Origin: Myxococcales bacterium
Lineage (GTDB): Bacteria; Myxococcota_A; Polyangia; Polyangiales; DASUME01
Direction: 5' to 3'
Length of the DNA: 64,000 nucleotides
NCBI GenBank assembly: GCA_047601445.1
Contig: JASGJH010000001.1
Location: 1,792,001-1,856,000 of the forward strand
Below, one piece after another: positions 59,385 through 64,000 of the stretch. A program made the translations under genes and the position numbers. How positions within the stretch are numbered: the first letter of the stretch is position 1; each line of letters starts with the position of its first letter. A model generated the notes under the pieces. That model worked only from the letters and a program-made list of their open reading frames with translations, ran no database searches and was not told the DNA's origin.

Positions 59385-60338
59385 TCAGCCGAGCTTGGCT
59401 TCCAGCTGCTCGGAGCTCAGCTGCTCCACGACGTCCAGGCGCAGCAGGAAGCGCTGAAAGCTCTTGTAGCCAGGCGGATAGGTGCCCTTGAGGTGTACGT
59501 CGATGATGCGTGTGGTGGCGAAGCGCAGGCAGGCCAGCCGCATGCTCCACCAGAGCCCCGGCCACTCGCCCGCGGCGAACTCGCGCTCACTGCGGTAGCC
59601 GCGCACCATGGCGCGCGCGAGCTCCCAATCCAGCGTGTCCCCACAACACCAGGCGAGCATCGTCACCGCCAGGTCGTAGATCACGGTGCCGTGGCTCGCG
59701 CTCTCCCAATCGAGCAGAGCGGCGATGTCGGGGCCTTGCCAGAGCACGTTGTCGCGGAAGAGGTCGCCGTGGACCACGCCCTGAGGAAGCTGCGGATAGC
59801 GGGCCGATAGCTCCGCGTGGAGGGCCCGTAGGCGCGCCACCGGAGCGGTCAGCTCAGGACGTTGCTGCGCGCTTGCCCGGTCGAGCAGGCGCGCCACGTC
59901 GGTCAAGCCAAAGCGGCCTTGGCGCACGATCGGAAAGTCCTCGCCCGCCTTGCTGGCGCGCGCGAGTGCCGCGCCCACGGCCTCTGCGCGCTGCGCGTCG
60001 ACGCGCGCCTGGCAAAGGTCCTCACCCGCCACGGCGTGAAACACCGCCACGGGTCGTCCAGAGACGCGAAGCTCACCCGGCCCGGGGCCCTTGACCCGCG
60101 GGGGCACGCGCACGCCGCGCGCCGTGAGGTGATCGAGCAAGGCCCATTCGTAGGCCACGCCGTCGGCCTCCTGTTGCTCGTAGAGGCGCACGAAGACGCG
60201 TCCCTGATCCGTCTCCAGGAAGTAGTTGGAGTTCACGGTGCCCGCGGACACACCGATGATCTCGCGACAGCCACCGAGCCCGTGGGCGCCAGCGATCCGA
60301 GCGCCGTCTTCTGGACTGATGGGGGTAAACGTAGCCAT
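59385..60338 (-). CDS. thrB: Homoserine kinase type II (APH-like)
   Basis: MATFT, GTVNSNY, GVVHGDLFRDNVL, LDW, ACLRFATTR. Confidence 0.88.
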   Translation of the reverse strand: MATFTPISPEDGARIAGAHGLGGCREIIGVSAGTVNSNYFLETDQGRVFVRLYEQQEADGVAYEWALLDHLTARGVRVPPRVKGPGPGELRVSGRPVAVFHAVAGEDLCQARVDAQRAEAVGAALARASKAGEDFPIVRQGRFGLTDVARLLDRASAQQRPELTAPVARLRALHAELSARYPQLPQGVVHGDLFRDNVLWQGPDIAALLDWESASHGTVIYDLAVTMLAWCCGDTLDWELARAMVRGYRSEREFAAGEWPGLWWSMRLACLRFATTRIIDVHLKGTYPPGYKSFQRFLLRLDVVEQLSSEQLEAKLG

Positions 60339-60506
60339 GGACCTACAACCTCCGAAGGGCGCCCCGGTGTACCATGTGGGCCCTGAGAACGCCCTGGCTT
60401 ACCTCCAAGTTCTCCTTTGAGCGCCGAACTTTACACCCCGATCGTTGGATGGTATTGGCCATCTCAAGTGTGGCGCGTATGGGCGCCCACGGGGGGCAGG
60501 CACGTT

Positions 60507-61145
60507 ATGGAGATGAAGCGAGCAGTTGCGCGCAGCGCCAAGGGGGAGGCGCGCGCGTCGACGAAGACTTTGGAGCGGCCACAGGTCGCCGCGAAGCGGC
60601 CGAGCACGCCGCCCGAGTCTACTACAGCGAAGAAGCGCGAGAAGAGCGTGCCTCCGCCAGCGATTCAGGCGGCCAACGACAACGACCGGAACGCGAGCAA
60701 GCGAGCGGCGCCCACGCCCATCGGCCGCGGTCGCCTGCCCACCGGCAGCCTGCACACGGAGGCGCGCGTGCCTGCCGAGGCAGCGGCCATCAAGCAGCGC
60801 CTCACCGCGTTGGTCAACGTGCAGCAGAAGCTCGGCGAGCTGAAGCGCTCCAGCAACAAGAACTTCTACGAAATCGGGGCCCTTCTGCACCGCGTCCGCG
60901 AGGAGCGTCTGTTCGAGGTGAAGGGCTACAGCAGCCTCGAGAGCTTCATCGAGCGCGAGGTCAATCTTGGTCAGTCCTTCTGCCGGGACGCCGTGCGCAT
61001 CTACGAGACGTTCCTTCCCAACGCCGCGAGCTCACTCGGGTTTGCGCGTCTTTCCGCGGCCATCCGGGCAATCGACGACGAGCCGACCGGGGTCACGGAT
61101 ACCGCTCGAATCGCGCGCTCGCCTATTCCGCCGCACAAGCTATAA
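60507..61145 (+). CDS. Hypothetical protein: basic disordered N-terminus plus DUF3102-like helical domain
   Basis: K/R/A/P-rich N-terminus; NFYEIGALLHRVREERLFEVKGYSSLESFIEREVNLG...RIYETF. Confidence 0.75.
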   Translation: MEMKRAVARSAKGEARASTKTLERPQVAAKRPSTPPESTTAKKREKSVPPPAIQAANDNDRNASKRAAPTPIGRGRLPTGSLHTEARVPAEAAAIKQRLTALVNVQQKLGELKRSSNKNFYEIGALLHRVREERLFEVKGYSSLESFIEREVNLGQSFCRDAVRIYETFLPNAASSLGFARLSAAIRAIDDEPTGVTDTARIARSPIPPHKL

Positions 61146-61180
61146 GCTTCGGCCCGTGGCAGACGGTTCGAGCACCGCTT

Positions 61181-61200
61181 GCGGGCGTTTCCGCCCGCTT
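61181..61200 (+). terminator. Putative terminator hairpin
   Basis: GCGGGCG-TTTC-CGCCCGC-TT, 35 nt after the stop at 61145; the U-tract is short. Confidence 0.4.
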
Positions 61201-61247
61201 CGACGCGCACGCGCCTGCGCCCAAGTCGAGCATGGAGCCGGTGCGCA

Positions 61248-62570
61248 TTGCTAGCTCTCTTGGCGGCTCTGTTGTGCGTCCTCGCGAACGGCTTTTTCGT
61301 CGCGGCTGAATTCGCCCTGGTCAAGGTGCGCCCGACCTCGCTGGAGGCGAGCGCTGCCAACGGCGACCTCAAGGCGCAGCGCGCGCTCGAAGCCATCCGG
61401 AACCTCGACGCCTACCTGGGTGCCACCCAGCTCGGCATCACGTTGGCTTCGCTCGCGCTGGGCTGGCTCGGCGAGCCGGCCCTGGCGGTGCTGCTCGAGC
61501 CGGTGTTCGAGGTCACCCGTATCCCGGAGCAGGCAGCGCGCCCCATCTCGTTGGCGGTCGCGTTCGCCACCATCACGTTGTTTCACATCGTGATCGGAGA
61601 GCTGGCCCCCAAGTCGTTGGCCATCCAGTTCCCGGAGCGCGTGGTGCGGCTGTCGGCCACGGCCATGCGGGCGTTCTTCTGGGCCACCTACCCTTTCCTT
61701 TACGTGCTCAACGGTTCGGCCAACCTGTTCCTGCGTATCTTTGGCATCAAGCCGGCCGACCACGGGGTACCGGGGGCACCGTCCTCGGAGGAAATCAGGC
61801 TCATCGTGCAGGCCTCGTTTCGCGCGGGCAGCCTCGAGGGGACCCAGCGCGACCTGCTCGAACGCGTGCTGCGCGGCTCGGGTCGCAGCGTGCGCGCCAT
61901 TATGGTTCCGCGCGTGGACATGAGCGTGCTCTCCATCGAGGCCGACCTCGACACCACCGAGGCCCGCATGCGGCGCGAGGGCTACAGCCGCTATCCGCTC
62001 AGCGAGAACAACGACCCCGACCGCATCGTCGGCTATCTGTACGCCAAAGACGTTTGGACGGCGCCGCGTCCCTTCAAGGGCAAGCTCTCGAGCTTGCGGC
62101 GCGACATTCTGTTCGTGCCAGAGTCGCGCACGGTGGCCGAAGTGCTGGAGGACTTCCGCCTCTCGAACACACCCATCGCCATCGTGGTGGATGAGTACGG
62201 TGGGACCAGCGGTCTGGTGACGCTCGAGGACTGCGTCGAAGAAATCGTGGGCGACATCCGCGACGAGACCGACGACGAACCCGTGCGCATGGTGATCCGC
62301 CAGGACGGCTCGGTGGTGGTGGACGGCTCCACGCCATTCGGAGACCTCGAGGTGGAAGAGCTGCGCGAACTGGTGGCCGACCGCGACGAGACGGTGGGCT
62401 CCTACGTGATCGAAAAGCTCGGCCGATTGCCCAAGCCGGGAGACCGCGTGCGCATCGGCGAGTTCGAAATCGTGGTGGAGCTAGTGCGCCGACGGCGTGT
62501 GAGCCGCGTCGTATTTCAGGCCGCGGAGAAGCCCCCCTCGCGTGCGCCCTCGCAGGCTCCGTCGAACTGA
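61248..62570 (+). CDS. Hemolysin-family CNNM/CBS/CorC membrane protein
   Basis: NGFFVAAEFALV, QLGITLASLALGWLGEP, GELAPK, IMVPR, YSRYP, VVDEYGGTSGLVTLED. TTG start with GGAG upstream is assumed. Confidence 0.92.
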   Translation: MLALLAALLCVLANGFFVAAEFALVKVRPTSLEASAANGDLKAQRALEAIRNLDAYLGATQLGITLASLALGWLGEPALAVLLEPVFEVTRIPEQAARPISLAVAFATITLFHIVIGELAPKSLAIQFPERVVRLSATAMRAFFWATYPFLYVLNGSANLFLRIFGIKPADHGVPGAPSSEEIRLIVQASFRAGSLEGTQRDLLERVLRGSGRSVRAIMVPRVDMSVLSIEADLDTTEARMRREGYSRYPLSENNDPDRIVGYLYAKDVWTAPRPFKGKLSSLRRDILFVPESRTVAEVLEDFRLSNTPIAIVVDEYGGTSGLVTLEDCVEEIVGDIRDETDDEPVRMVIRQDGSVVVDGSTPFGDLEVEELRELVADRDETVGSYVIEKLGRLPKPGDRVRIGEFEIVVELVRRRRVSRVVFQAAEKPPSRAPSQAPSN

Positions 62571-62575
62571 GCCTC

Positions 62576-63241
62576 TCAGAGATTGCCGAGCAGCGGATTC
62601 GACGGGATGCCGAACAAGTCTGCAAAGCGGTCGACACCCGGCGGCAAACTGCCGTGCTTTCGACGGTGACTCCACAGCACCGAGGCGAGTACGTCGATGG
62701 CGAGCTGCGTGGGCGTTTCCTCGAAGCGCAGGCCATCGGGCAAGCGTGCGGTGTGTGAGGCGGCCGCGGTGTCATCGACCAAGGGGTCGAACAGCGAGTG
62801 CGTGACGCCATCCGAGCGCGACCACGCCAGCGCCAAGACCTCCACGAAGGTGCCGTGCAGCGGCCGAATCAGCAACACGCCGCCCCGCTCCTCGTCGCCA
62901 GCTAGCAATGCTCGCGGGGCGATGGAGGAACGCAAGCCATCGCCGCCCGCGGAGTTGAGCGAGTCAGCGATGAGACGCGCGAGTTCGGGGTCGTCCTCGA
63001 CGGCCAACAGAGCGATCAGGGCGGGCGACGCGCTGATGCACTCGGCAGTGGCGTCAGACAGGACTGCCTCGATGATGCGTCTGCGTGCAGCCACGGCAAG
63101 CGAGGCGTACGCCCCCGCCAGACCACGCGCAGCCGCCGGATCGGTGGCCGCCGCGACGATCAACGCTCCAAACGGGCCAACGCGCCCGCCACCCTTGCGC
63201 AGGTTGATTGGGAGCCGAGTACTGTCGTCCCGAGTCGACAC
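62576..63241 (-). CDS. Hypothetical protein
   Basis: Protein-like ORF filling the gap, convergent with the CNNM gene; no family recognised. Confidence 0.65.
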   Translation of the reverse strand: MSTRDDSTRLPINLRKGGGRVGPFGALIVAAATDPAAARGLAGAYASLAVAARRRIIEAVLSDATAECISASPALIALLAVEDDPELARLIADSLNSAGGDGLRSSIAPRALLAGDEERGGVLLIRPLHGTFVEVLALAWSRSDGVTHSLFDPLVDDTAAASHTARLPDGLRFEETPTQLAIDVLASVLWSHRRKHGSLPPGVDRFADLFGIPSNPLLGNL

Positions 63242-63434
63242 GACGGCCCTTCATACAGGACCTGTTGACGGACCGCCAGTGGCCTCGAACCGATCCCGCA
63301 TCAAACTCTGGCATGGGCTTGACGGCCCACCTCGCCCCCGTGTACGCACCCTCGCGAAGACGATGCCGAAGCGCGCGGGCCGCGCCATCATCGGGGGCGC
63401 GCCGGTCGCGCCACGAACAGGGACCGAGAGCGAA

Positions 63435-64000
63435 ATGTTGCAGAGCGACGCCGAGCTTGAGGCACACCGAGAGCTGGTGGAGCGTATCGTTCGCGCGCTC
63501 CTGCGTGAGCTCGACCTGTCTTGTGATCCAGATGACCTCCGAGCCTGGGGATTTCAGGGGCTGCTCGAGGCGAAACAGCGCTTCGATGCGAGTCGTGGCG
63601 TGCGCTTCTCCGCCTTTGCCCACTATCGCATCCGTGGCGCCATCCTCGACGGCGTGCGCAGTCAGGGCTTCTTGCGGCGGCGAGCTTACGCACGCCTGAA
63701 GGCCTTCGAGGCCACCGACGCCATCGCCGAACAACTCGCCGAAGAACAGGCCAATCGACCAACCTCCGAGGGCACATTGCCAGGTCAGGCCGCGACGCAA
63801 CAGCGCGCCGAAGACCTCGACGCAGCGTTGGGCAAGATTACCGCGGCCTTCCTCATCTCCGCCGTCGGACAGGGCGAGGAACGCGCGCCGGAGGCACCTG
63901 ACAGACGCCTCGAGTCTGCTCAGGAGCAAAGCCTGGTCCACGCGAGTCTGGAGCAATTGCCCGAACGCGAACGGACCTTACTGCAGGCTGTCTACTTCGA
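63435..64000 (+). CDS. RNA polymerase sigma factor, FliA/WhiG family (3' end outside window; alternative ATG 63363)
   Basis: Absent from the ORF track. Reads MLQSDAELEAHRELVERIVR...DDLRAWGFQGLLEAKQRFDASRGVRFSAFAHYRIRGAILDGVR...LEQLPERERTLLQAVYF (regions 2 and 4). Confidence 0.9.
   Translation, partial: MLQSDAELEAHRELVERIVRALLRELDLSCDPDDLRAWGFQGLLEAKQRFDASRGVRFSAFAHYRIRGAILDGVRSQGFLRRRAYARLKAFEATDAIAEQLAEEQANRPTSEGTLPGQAATQQRAEDLDAALGKITAAFLISAVGQGEERAPEAPDRRLESAQEQSLVHASLEQLPERERTLLQAVYF

Noticed and set aside
61232..61250. Possible third frameshift (ATG GAG CCG GTG c GCA TTG) at the start of the CNNM gene
   Set aside because: An in-frame TTG at 61248 with GGAG 10 nt upstream explains the gene without an indel. 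It cannot be fully excluded.

Overview
GC-rich bacterial chromosomal segment, very likely a myxobacterium (Myxococcota, probably Polyangiales-like). That inference rests on three Ser/Thr kinases, zinc-ribbon and TPR/HEAT proteins, a TIGR02266-type PilZ protein, AgmX/PglI-like C-terminal domains and an HTH-pilMNOPQ operon. Most of the window is core genome: citrate synthase, sppA, pilMNOPQ with fused aroK-aroB, a MoxR operon, rsmA, nadA, prfB (programmed +1 frameshift), lysS-lolE-lolD-bamA-skp-fabZ, type II thrB, a CNNM/CBS transporter and a truncated FliA/WhiG-type sigma factor. I found no rRNA, tRNA, CRISPR array, transposase or prophage. Most notable observations: (1) the bamA-skp-fabZ locus lacks lpxD and lpxA/B, suggesting possible lipid A loss; (2) an ~80-bp structured REP-like repeat with a compensatory base-pair change flanks skp in inverted orientation; (3) a 57-aa ORF absent from the ORF track sits behind a near-consensus sigma-54 promoter, close to a 1693-aa kinase/sigma-54-activator fusion; (4) two apparent pseudo-enzymes, an SDR without YxxxK and a homocysteine methyltransferase fold without its Zn cysteines; (5) two +1 frameshifts at the same CAGAATC heptamer; (6) a strand-specific G.U-rich intergenic hairpin. 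All domain assignments are from motif recognition by eye; no searches were run.
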